Shown here piece by piece: positions 10,042 through 19,228 of a DNA stretch of 32,000 nucleotides (position 1 is its first letter; every line of letters starts with the position of its first letter). The DNA comes from Bifidobacterium longum subsp. longum JCM 1217 (lineage in GTDB: Bacteria > Actinomycetota > Actinomycetes > Actinomycetales > Bifidobacteriaceae). The position numbers and the translations under genes are program-made. The notes under the pieces were generated by a model. The model did not search any database, was not told the DNA's origin, and saw nothing but the letters and a program-made list of their open reading frames with translations. The DNA lies in assembly GCF_000196555.1 (NCBI RefSeq), contig NC_015067.1:390001-422000 (forward strand). The letters run 5' to 3'.

Positions 10042-10066
10042 AGGCCTCGGCAGTTTGCCGGGGCCT
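10042..10066. terminator. Hairpin between the convergent ABC-F and vapC genes
   Basis: AGGCCTCGG-CAGTTTG-CCGGGGCCT, a 9-bp stem including one G.T pair. Confidence 0.35.
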
Positions 10067-10070
10067 CCCG

Positions 10071-10490
10071 CTATGCAAACTCCCACGGATTAATCAATTC
10101 CACGTCGGTACCTTCGAAGTCCTTGATATTGCGCGTGGCTATGGCCGCATCCCAGGAACAGGCAATTGCCGCAATCATGGCGTCTTGAATACTGGTAGGT
10201 GTGCCCCTGTGTTCGCGTTCGACAAGGATATGGGCATAATCCGCAGCTGCCTGAGTGTCAAATGCGAACGTTCTGTCCTCTAATGTCATAAGCGCCAGCT
10301 TGACGGTCGTATCTGTGTACTTTCGTCGTTTGCCTTCAGGCATGCGACATATTCCGGCCAACAACTCGGCGACGGTGATGGCGGTGGTTGCCAAATTGCT
10401 TGTATCTTGGTTCCTCAGCCAATTGGCAACGTGTTCGTCTGGCTGTTTCTTGATGATTTCGCTGATGACGTTGGTGTCCAGAATAATCAT
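10071..10490 (-). CDS. vapC: PIN-domain toxin VapC
   Basis: 139 aa. N-terminus MIILDTNVISE with the conserved acidic residue. Sits 9 nt downstream of the antitoxin gene. Visibly lower GC than its neighbours. Confidence 0.85.
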   Translation of the reverse strand: MIILDTNVISEIIKKQPDEHVANWLRNQDTSNLATTAITVAELLAGICRMPEGKRRKYTDTTVKLALMTLEDRTFAFDTQAAADYAHILVEREHRGTPTSIQDAMIAAIACSWDAAIATRNIKDFEGTDVELINPWEFA

Positions 10491-10499
10491 GGCCGATTC

Positions 10500-10778
10500 C
10501 TATTCAAAAGATACTGGCGGTCGGGAATCGGCGGAATTTCGCTCGGATAGTGGGAGTTCCCCCTTGTCGAGTCCCTCAAAATCCATGTTCTTCATGAATT
10601 CGCGGATCTCGTCATAGAAATTGGTCTTTCGCGTGATTTCATGCGCCACCGTGCCAGCCAGCCATTCTTCAAGAATGGATCGCACCTGAGATTCCATGGA
10701 GCGGTTGTTTTTCTCAGCCACTTCTTTGAGCTGCTGAATCTGCTCATCGGGTATTTTTCGGATGGTCAATGTTGCCAT
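10500..10778 (-). CDS. vapB: Ribbon-helix-helix antitoxin (VapB/FitA/Arc-like)
   Basis: Start at MATLTIRKIPDEQIQQLKEVAEKNNRSMESQVRSIL (ATG 10778) with an AAGGAGG RBS. Typical RHH N-terminus and an acidic C-terminal tail. Confidence 0.8.
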   Translation of the reverse strand: MATLTIRKIPDEQIQQLKEVAEKNNRSMESQVRSILEEWLAGTVAHEITRKTNFYDEIREFMKNMDFEGLDKGELPLSERNSADSRPPVSFE

Positions 10779-10803
10779 GATGCACCTCCTTGTTGCTGTC
10801 ATA

Positions 10804-10813
10804 ATGCTAGCAT
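10804..10813. promoter_or_regulatory. Perfect 10-bp palindrome upstream of vapB (candidate autoregulatory operator)
   Basis: ATGCTAGCAT lies 26 nt upstream of the vapB ATG and overlaps a weak candidate promoter (ACGACA-17-TATGAC on the minus strand). Confidence 0.35.
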
Positions 10814-10863
10814 GAGGTGCTGTCGTTTTGCTTGCAGTACGGGTGATGAGGTATGCACGCATG

Positions 10864-10900
10864 AAAAAAGGCGGATATGCATCATGCGCATCCGCCTTTT
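10864..10900 (-). terminator. Intrinsic terminator of ilvBN (bidirectional shape)
   Basis: 9-bp stem AAGGCGGAT / ATCCGCCTT flanked by an A-run and a T-run. On the minus strand the stem is followed by TTTTTT, 34 nt after the ilvN stop. Confidence 0.7.
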
Positions 10901-10933
10901 GAGCTTGGACTGGGTCTTCCCGCAGTCGCCGAA

Positions 10934-11488
10934 TCAGCGCCCGGTAACCTCGGAACCGACGACCTTTTCGCTCAGGGCGCGCGGGCCGCGGGTCACGGCT
11001 ACGGCACCGGAGCGCACCAGCTCAATCACACCGTAATGCTCCAAAAGCCCCAGCAGGGCGTCGATCTTGCCTTCGGCACCGGTGGCCTCAATGGTCAGCG
11101 ATTCCGGATTCACGTCCACCACGCGCACGCGGAACAGACGCACGATCTCCAGCACGTCGGAACGGTTGGATTCGTTGGCGGCCACCTTGATGAGCACCAG
11201 TTCGCGTTCCACGGTGGAGTTCGGGTCGAGTTCCACGATTTTGAGCACATGCAGCAGCTTGTTGAGCTGCTTGATGATCTGCTCCAGCGGCACGGCCTCC
11301 ACGTCGGCGGTCACCGTGACGCGAGAGATGTCCGGACGCTCGGTGGGGGAGACGGACAGCGAGTTGATGTTGAACGCACGGCGGGCGAACAGGCCGGCGA
11401 TACGCGCCAGCACGCCTGGGCGGTTCTCCACCAGCACGGACAGCGTATGACGCTGGGAACCAGGCTGGGATGCAGGATAGTTAGCCAT
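10934..11488 (-). CDS. ilvN: Acetolactate synthase small (regulatory) subunit
   Basis: Start at MANYPASQ (ATG 11488) with a GGAGAGGAGA RBS. ACT domain HTLSVLVENRPGVLARIAGLFARRAFNINSL. Lies 16 nt after the ilvB stop. Confidence 0.9.
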   Translation of the reverse strand: MANYPASQPGSQRHTLSVLVENRPGVLARIAGLFARRAFNINSLSVSPTERPDISRVTVTADVEAVPLEQIIKQLNKLLHVLKIVELDPNSTVERELVLIKVAANESNRSDVLEIVRLFRVRVVDVNPESLTIEATGAEGKIDALLGLLEHYGVIELVRSGAVAVTRGPRALSEKVVGSEVTGR

Positions 11489-11504
11489 GAGTGTTCTCCT
11501 CTCC

Positions 11505-13472
<1,968 letters not shown>

Positions 13473-13632
13473 GATTCCTCTCACCTCATAGGTTTTGTCG
13501 CGAACCTGCCCGACCTTGGGATGGGGCCGGGTGCCCGCGTGTCTGATTCCAGTCGCTTCCCCGAGACTTGTGGCCCCGGCGCGACTCGTCGCTCATGTTG
13601 GTATTAGTCTATTCGCAAATCCGACAGCGGGC

Positions 13633-14361
13633 TTACTTAGTCCGCGTCTTGAACGAGTCCAGTGACTTCCAGCCCGCTTCGGCTGCCGCCAGCTGCGCCT
13701 TACGCTTGCTGGAGCCCTTACCGATGCCGATGATGTCGCCGTTCTCGCCCAATGAGACGCGCGCGGTGAAGATCTGCGCGTATTCCGGGCCGGAGACCTC
13801 CATATGGTAGACAGGCTCCTCCTTGCCGAGGCCGTGCGCCTTGACGGTCAGCGAGGTCTTCCAGTCAAGTGCCGGGCCCTCGGTGGCCACTTCGGCGAGC
13901 GTGTCGTCAATAAGCCGGTGAATCACCTTGCGTGCCTCGTCGATGCCGTGTTCCAGGAAGGTCGCGCCGATGAGCGATTCCACGATGTCGCATAGGATGG
14001 AGTTCTTCTCCGCGCCGCCCTGCTCGGCTTCTCCGTGACCCAGCAGAATGTAGGGGCCCACCTTGAGCTTGGTTTTGGCGATGGCGCTCAGCGCGTCTTC
14101 GGAGACGGCCTTGGCGCGCATCTTGGCCAGTTGCCCCTCGGTCATATCCGGGTGAATGGTGAACAGCGTTTCAGTGGAGACCAGTTCGAGCACCGCGTCT
14201 CCCAGGAATTCGAGGCGTTCGTAATTGGCCACGCCGGGGTGCTCATGCGAGAAGGAACGGTGGGTGAGTGCCTGCACGAGCAGATCCGGGCTGAGAGTGG
14301 TGCCCAACGCTTCAAGAAGCTCGTTGGCCGGCGTCGGCTGCTGTGGGGTTTCATTACTCAT
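13633..14361 (-). CDS. rnc: Ribonuclease III
   Basis: Start at MSNETPQQ (ATG 14361). Signature ERLEFLGDAVL and a C-terminal dsRBD. Confidence 0.9.
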   Translation of the reverse strand: MSNETPQQPTPANELLEALGTTLSPDLLVQALTHRSFSHEHPGVANYERLEFLGDAVLELVSTETLFTIHPDMTEGQLAKMRAKAVSEDALSAIAKTKLKVGPYILLGHGEAEQGGAEKNSILCDIVESLIGATFLEHGIDEARKVIHRLIDDTLAEVATEGPALDWKTSLTVKAHGLGKEEPVYHMEVSGPEYAQIFTARVSLGENGDIIGIGKGSSKRKAQLAAAEAGWKSLDSFKTRTK

Positions 14362-14394
14362 GATTGTTGTATGGTCCTTCACGCGATGGTGATG

Positions 14395-14414
14395 TGTTGT
14401 GTTGTGTTGTGTTG
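14395..14414. repeat. (TGTTG)x4 pentanucleotide microsatellite
   Basis: Four perfect units plus partial units in the rpmF-rnc spacer; reads (CAACA)n on the coding (minus) strand. CACCATCGC occurs as a direct repeat on both sides (minus-strand reading). Confidence 0.8.
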
Positions 14415-14508
14415 TTTGCGATGCGATGGTGTACGCAATGGTGCACTTATGCGAAGACCCCGCCACCCGTCGATGGCAGGGCCTTCATTCAAGCCGTTAT
14501 CGCAGGAC

Positions 14509-14703
14509 TCACTTGGTGTGAGCCGGCTGGATGGCGGAGCGGTAGGTGCGGCCGCGGTAGTTACCGCAGCTCGGGCAAGCCATGTGCGGCAGGGCCGGAG
14601 CGCCACAGTTCGGGCAGTTCACGGTCGCAGCAGCGGTGGCCTTCCAGTTCGCGCGACGCGAATGCGTGTTGGCGCGCGAGGTCTTGTACTTAGGCAGTGC
14701 CAT
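14509..14703 (-). CDS. rpmF: 50S ribosomal protein L32
   Basis: [21 protein letters not shown], with two zinc-ribbon-type cysteine pairs (CPNC, CPSC). Confidence 0.95.
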   Translation of the reverse strand: MALPKYKTSRANTHSRRANWKATAAATVNCPNCGAPALPHMACPSCGNYRGRTYRSAIQPAHTK

Positions 14704-14791
14704 TTGAGTATCCTCTATTTCGTTCGAACAATTGAGCTTAAGCGTCCGTTATCTTAACGCACGGCTCGTACAAACTTCGTTCAGGCGCGCG

Positions 14792-15421
14792 TCACTCGGC
14801 CTGCTCGCCGTTCTGCTCGGCCTCGAGCTGGGCTTTGAGCCCCGCCAATCCGGCAAAACGGATATCCGTCACATCGTGATGATGGTCGGGATCCTCGTTC
14901 AGATCGGCACCGCACTGCGAGCACAGACCCCTGCAATCCGGTCGGCACAGTGGTTGCAACGGCAGCGATTCGACCAGCGTGTCGCGGATCATCGCCTCGA
15001 TGTCCGCGAATGCGCCGTTCTCCAGCAGCGGATACGTGTCTTCCGACTCGTCCTCGCCGGCGATGATGTCGATTTCGTCGTCCTTCTTGCTCTTGCCGCC
15101 CTTGCCGTTGGCCTTGTCCTGGCCCGACTCGTACGGGAAGAACACCGTCACATCAACCGGCCAGTCCTCGTCAATCGGCTTCAGGCAGCGCGTGCACTCG
15201 CTGACGAATGGCGCGACCAGGCGGCCGGTGAAGATCAGGCCGTCCACAATCGAATCGAACTGCCCGCTCACGTGTACGGGCTCACCTTCCTTGATGCCGA
15301 CAATGCTGTCGCCAATGCCGGAAGGTGCCGGGAAATCGGCGTCAATCGGCTTGGATTGACCGGCGCGCGAAGCAATCTGCGCTACCGGAATGGCCCACGG
15401 GGAATCTTCAACTCGTGCCAT
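14792..15421 (-). CDS. YceD/DUF177 family protein
   Basis: 209 aa directly upstream of rpmF (conserved synteny). Cys motifs CTRC and CRPDCRGLCSQCG. Confidence 0.85.
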   Translation of the reverse strand: MARVEDSPWAIPVAQIASRAGQSKPIDADFPAPSGIGDSIVGIKEGEPVHVSGQFDSIVDGLIFTGRLVAPFVSECTRCLKPIDEDWPVDVTVFFPYESGQDKANGKGGKSKKDDEIDIIAGEDESEDTYPLLENGAFADIEAMIRDTLVESLPLQPLCRPDCRGLCSQCGADLNEDPDHHHDVTDIRFAGLAGLKAQLEAEQNGEQAE

Positions 15422-15456
15422 GGTATGTTCTTGGTGCCTTTCGTATGTTGGCTGGA

Positions 15457-15517
15457 GTTATTCGTTACTGGCGTTATTCGCGTTACTGATGTTGCCGGCG
15501 TTGCTGGCGTTACTGGG
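15457..15517. repeat. Degenerate 9-nt tandem repeat (GTTACTGGC-like, about 6.8 units) spanning a stop codon
   Basis: Units are gttattc, gttactggc, gttattcgc, gttactgat, gttgccggc, gttgctggc, gttactggg. The TAA stop of the 15510..16400 gene lies in the last unit. Confidence 0.75.
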
Positions 15518-16400
15518 CTTCGGGATAGTCGTTCAGCGTCAGGTGCGGCATCTGTTCGCGGGCCGCGCGCTGGCGCTCTTCCAGCACGTTAAGACCGGCC
15601 TGCACATCCTGACTGAGTTTGCCGAGCTGCTGGGACAGCCCTTCCATCACCGTAGTGCAGTACTGGTCCGCGCCTTGGGTCAGATGGTCGGCTTTGGTCT
15701 GTGCCTGGTCAAGAATCGCGCGCGCTTTCTGCCGTGCAAGCTCGGTGACGTTCTCTTGGCCGGCCAGGAACTGTGCCTGTTCGTTGGCGTCCCTGATCAT
15801 GTTGGCTGCGCGGCTTTGTGCGGAGGCGACGATGGCGTTGGACTGGGTCTGTGCCGATTCCAGACGGCGCTCGGCCTCGCGCATGAGGGCGGAGGCGCGC
15901 TCCAACTGCACCGGCAGCATTTTCTTCAACTCGGAAAGCTGGTCGGTGAATTCGTCGCGGTCAACCTTCACCATGCCGGGGGCGAATATGCTGGACTTCG
16001 CTTCGCCCAGTGCCGCCTCGAGCTGGTCGATGATGTCATACACCGTGGTGAATTCCTCGTGGCTCTTGACCGTGGCCGGGTCGTCGTCCGTGGTTTCTCG
16101 CAGGTCGGGCATTTCGTTCATGAACGAGGGGCGAATGCCGGCGGCCTGAGCGGTCTGAGCCTGTGCCCGGGTCTGCTGAGCTGCTTGGGCCTGCGCTTTG
16201 GCCTGCATTTGTGCCGGAGTAGGGGTAGGCGCGGCGGGCGGCGATCCGGCGAGAACATCGGCCTCTTCGGTGGGTGCCGGCGCGGCTTGCGTAGACGCGG
16301 GCGGTTCCGGGGCGGACGGCTCCGGAGTGGACGATGCGGCGTCCGCATTCGGTTTGGTCAGATCGACGTATCCAGTAGGGTGGTCATCGCTCATAGTCAT
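15510..16400 (-). CDS. Coiled-coil protein, DivIVA/SepIVA-like (function uncertain)
   Basis: Start at ATG 16400 (or 16394), 8 nt after the coaD stop. Pro/Ala-rich N-terminal region followed by a long coiled coil. Its position between coaD and DUF177-rpmF-rnc matches where a DivIVA-domain gene sits in other Actinobacteria (recollection of mycobacterial synteny). Confidence 0.5.
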   Translation of the reverse strand: MTMSDDHPTGYVDLTKPNADAASSTPEPSAPEPPASTQAAPAPTEEADVLAGSPPAAPTPTPAQMQAKAQAQAAQQTRAQAQTAQAAGIRPSFMNEMPDLRETTDDDPATVKSHEEFTTVYDIIDQLEAALGEAKSSIFAPGMVKVDRDEFTDQLSELKKMLPVQLERASALMREAERRLESAQTQSNAIVASAQSRAANMIRDANEQAQFLAGQENVTELARQKARAILDQAQTKADHLTQGADQYCTTVMEGLSQQLGKLSQDVQAGLNVLEERQRAAREQMPHLTLNDYPEAQ

Positions 16401-16407
16401 TAGTGCA

Positions 16408-16908
16408 TCAGTCCTTCCGCTGACGTTCCTCGGCCAGGGCATCGGCCAGCATCGGCACGACGCAATCGGGCACCATGCCGGTCACGTCGCCTCCATGGCG
16501 GGCCACGTCCTTGACGATGGAACTGGAGATGTGTTCAAGAATCGGATCGGCCGGCAAAAACAGGGTTTCGATGCCAGCGAGCTTGCGATTGACCAGCGCC
16601 ATGCCGAGCTCGGCTTCATAGTCGCCGTTCTGGCGCAGACCCTTGATGATAACGGTGGCGCCGACCTTCTTGCAGTAGTCGGTGATCAGGCCGTCGGTGG
16701 AAGAAACGGTGACGTTCTTGCAACCGGCTTTGTCAAGGGCGCGGCGGATCACGTCGACTCTGGTGGCTTCGGAAAACATCGGTGTTTTCGCGGCGTTGAC
16801 GGCCACCACCACATGCACCTCGTCGAAAAACCGCGCCGAGCGCTCGATTACATCCAAGTGTCCGGCGGTAACGGGGTCATACGAGCCGGGGCATACTGCG
16901 ATAGTCAT
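16408..16908 (-). CDS. coaD: Phosphopantetheine adenylyltransferase
   Basis: N-terminus [24 protein letters not shown], containing the nucleotidyltransferase T/HxGH motif. Confidence 0.93.
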
Positions 16909-17028
16909 GCTTTATAGCCTACCGCTAGTGGTGTGCTTCGTGCTGCCGAGCGTGCATTGTTGTCGCGTCGGCGTATGAGGCAGTGTGTGCGGTGCCGTAT
17001 GTGGCGTCGGTGTGGCGTCGTGTGCGGC

Positions 17029-17052
17029 ATTGTATGTGGCATTGTATGTGGC
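17029..17052. repeat. 12-bp tandem duplication ATTGTATGTGGC x2 inside a G+T-rich tract
   Basis: Perfect duplication. Nearby, GTGGCGTCG occurs twice (16999..17020). The whole 16921..17100 tract is G/T-rich on the plus strand. Confidence 0.8.
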
Positions 17053-17181
17053 GGGGTGGCGTGATGCGCGACATGGGTGTGTGGAGGTGTGCGGATTACG
17101 CGCCAATGGGTTTCGCGGGTAACGACGGGAATCTATGATGGAGTGCAGTCGAATCGTTGAATACGAGGAAAGAAGTGCACC

Positions 17182-17475
17182 ATGACTTTTGCCGAGATGT
17201 TCGTTGATGATGCCGAACCGCTGCGCAACCCGGACCAAGGTGCCGGCACGTCGGTGCTGGAGCGTCCGGAGACCAAGGAGTCGCCGGTTCGTGACGATGG
17301 TGGCGACGCCGATCGTTTTGCGCACTACGTATCCAAGGACCGTATCGCTGAATCGCGTGCGACCGGCCGCCCGGTGGTGGCCCTGTGCGGTAAGGTTTGG
17401 GTGCCCAAGCACGATCCGTCCAAGTACCCGGTTTGCCCCGACTGCAAGCGGATTTACGAGGAAATGACGCGCTAA
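17182..17475 (+). CDS. DUF3039-family small protein (actinobacterial conserved)
   Basis: 97 aa with a GAGGAAAGAAG RBS. C-terminal motif CGKVWVPKHDPSKYPVCPDCKRIYEEM. Confidence 0.75.
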   Translation: MTFAEMFVDDAEPLRNPDQGAGTSVLERPETKESPVRDDGGDADRFAHYVSKDRIAESRATGRPVVALCGKVWVPKHDPSKYPVCPDCKRIYEEMTR

Positions 17476-17484
17476 AGGTGGTAC

Positions 17485-17511
17485 TTGGCTCCCCTCAGCG
17501 AGGGGAGCCAA
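17485..17511. terminator. Palindromic hairpin element (copy 2), bidirectional terminator position
   Basis: TTGGCTCCCCTC-AGC-GAGGGGAGCCAA lies between the convergent DUF3039 and AKR stops. It matches copy 1 except for one loop base. Confidence 0.6.
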
Positions 17512-17516
17512 AATGG

Positions 17517-18527
17517 TCACCGAGCCGAAATCTCGTCGATCAGCTTGAGCTCCTCGTCGCTGAAGTGGGTGTTCTTCAGTGCGCCGATGTTGTCGAGAAT
17601 CTGCTGCGGCTTGGAGGCTCCGGTCAGCACGGAGGTCACCTTGCCGTCGTGCAGCAGCCATGCCAGGCTCATCTCGGCCAGCGTCTGGCCGCGTTCGGCG
17701 GCCAGATTGTTCAGGTCCACAACCTGCTTGTGCAGTTTCTCGGTCAGGGCGGAATCGTTGAGGAATCGCGGATCGTGAGCCATGCGGCTGTCGGCCGGAA
17801 TGCCGTTGAGATAGCGGTTGGTCAGCAGGCCCTGAGCCAGCGGGCAGAAGGTGATAAGGCCTTTGCCCAGCTTGAAGGCGGTCTCTTTCAGGCCGTTCTT
17901 TTCAACGGTGCGGTCGAGGATGTTGTACTTGTTCTGGTTGATGATGAACGGCACGTGCAGTTCTGCCAGAATTGCGGCGGCCTTTTCCATCGTCGGACCA
18001 TCGTAGTTGGACAGACCCACGTACAGGGCCTTGCCGGAGTTCACGGCCTGAGCCAGCGCGCCCATCGTCTCCTCAAGCGGGGTTTCCGGATCCGGGTGGT
18101 GGTGGTAGAAGATGTCCACATAATCCAAGCCCAAGCGTTCCAGCGACTGGTCGAGGCTGGCGAGCAGGTACTTGCGGCTGCCGAGGTCGCCATAGGGGCC
18201 TGTCCACATTTCGTAGCCGGCCTTGGTGGAGATGACGAGTTCGTCGCGGTGATGCTTGAAGTACTTGGCGAGCAGCAGTCCGCAGTTCTTCTCTGCCTGG
18301 CCGGGCTCGGGGCCGTAGTTGTTGGCTAGGTCGAAGTGGGTGATGCCGTTGTCGAAGGCGGTGAAGACCAGGGACTTCATCTGGTCGAATGGCGTGATGT
18401 CGCCGAAGTTGTGCCAGAAGCCAAGTGAGACGGCCGGCAACTTGAGGCCGGAGGTGCCGGCACGGTTGTAGGTCATCGTGTCGTAACGGTGCGGGTTGGG
18501 GGCATAGATGGCGGTTGGCTCGAACAT
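17517..18527 (-). CDS. Aldo-keto reductase, YghZ/Gpr-like (L-glyceraldehyde-3-phosphate / carbonyl reductase type)
   Basis: 336 aa. Colinear by recollection with E. coli YghZ: PERY..Y..G.SGLKLPA.SLG.WHNFG, ITHFDLANNYGP, STKAGY.MW.GPYG..GSRKYL.ASLDQSL.R. Confidence 0.85.
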   Translation of the reverse strand: MFEPTAIYAPNPHRYDTMTYNRAGTSGLKLPAVSLGFWHNFGDITPFDQMKSLVFTAFDNGITHFDLANNYGPEPGQAEKNCGLLLAKYFKHHRDELVISTKAGYEMWTGPYGDLGSRKYLLASLDQSLERLGLDYVDIFYHHHPDPETPLEETMGALAQAVNSGKALYVGLSNYDGPTMEKAAAILAELHVPFIINQNKYNILDRTVEKNGLKETAFKLGKGLITFCPLAQGLLTNRYLNGIPADSRMAHDPRFLNDSALTEKLHKQVVDLNNLAAERGQTLAEMSLAWLLHDGKVTSVLTGASKPQQILDNIGALKNTHFSDEELKLIDEISAR

Positions 18528-18626
18528 TGAGTCTCCTTACAATGTCATTCTTGTTCTTACGAATGCTTACCTGCGATGGGCAAACCGACGCCGATTGAGC
18601 GGTATTCGTAAGTGTTCTTGGATACT

Positions 18627-18657
18627 ATGGTTCCAGTTCAAGTGAACTTGAATGCAA
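18627..18657 (-). promoter_or_regulatory. MerR-type promoter with a 19-bp spacer and dyad operator, reading toward the AKR gene
   Basis: Minus strand reads TTGCAT - 19 nt - AACCAT. The spacer holds the dyad TTCAAGT-N2-ACTTGAA (18637..18652), which resembles SoxR/NmlR-type boxes. Confidence 0.5.
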
Positions 18658-18697
18658 ACGGCTGCGACGCTTCGGCGTGTTGCCGCAGTAAGGAGTC

Positions 18698-19129
18698 ATG
18701 ATGTCCTACACCATTCGTCAGGTGGCCACGCAGTTCCATATGCAGCCCTCTACGCTGCGCTATTACGAGGATCAGGGATTGCTGACCAACGTGGAGCGCA
18801 CCGAAACCGGCCAGCGCATATACGAAGACTGCCATATCGACCGTCTGCGCGCGATTTGCTGCTTCAAGAACGCCGGCATGACCATTGACGATCTTAAAAA
18901 GTTCTTCGTGTATGAGTCCAATGAGCCCGAGCATATCGATGAAATCCTTGATCTGCTGGAATCTCGCCGCGAATCCTTGGACGAGCAGCGCCGAGCCCTC
19001 AACGAGGCGGCCATGCACGTGCAGCGCAAGCTCCATTACTATGGCGACATCAAGCGTGCCATCGACGCCGGTGAAGACTGGCCGGATTGGCGCGAGTACA
19101 AAAACCGCGCCTATTCCATTGAATGTTGA
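18698..19129 (+). CDS. MerR-family transcriptional regulator (NmlR/AdhR-like)
   Basis: HTH YTIRQVATQFHMQPSTLRYYEDQGLL. The segment RLRAICCFKNAGMTIDDL resembles the Cys-containing sensor segment of the AdhR/NmlR subfamily. TAAGGAG RBS. Confidence 0.85.
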   Translation: MMSYTIRQVATQFHMQPSTLRYYEDQGLLTNVERTETGQRIYEDCHIDRLRAICCFKNAGMTIDDLKKFFVYESNEPEHIDEILDLLESRRESLDEQRRALNEAAMHVQRKLHYYGDIKRAIDAGEDWPDWREYKNRAYSIEC

Positions 19130-19178
19130 GACCATCGAATGTTGAGACCATCGAATGTTGAGGCCATCGAGTGCTGAG
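19115..19178. repeat. 16-bp tandem repeat x4 overlapping the MerR stop codon
   Basis: Units are TCCATTGAATGTTGAG, ACCATCGAATGTTGAG, ACCATCGAATGTTGAG, GCCATCGAGTGCTGAG. The MerR TGA (19127..19129) lies in unit 1. Confidence 0.85.
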
Positions 19179-19228
19179 CTGGATGCCGGCTGGGCACTAA
19201 GACCAATGCGCGTCGATCGTGGGCGCGT

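Noticed and set aside
13473-13632. Leader-peptide attenuator upstream of ilvB, as in some Actinobacteria
   Set aside because: The only small ORF in the leader ([18 protein letters not shown]..) has no Ile/Val/Leu run, and no terminator/antiterminator pair with a U-tract is evident.
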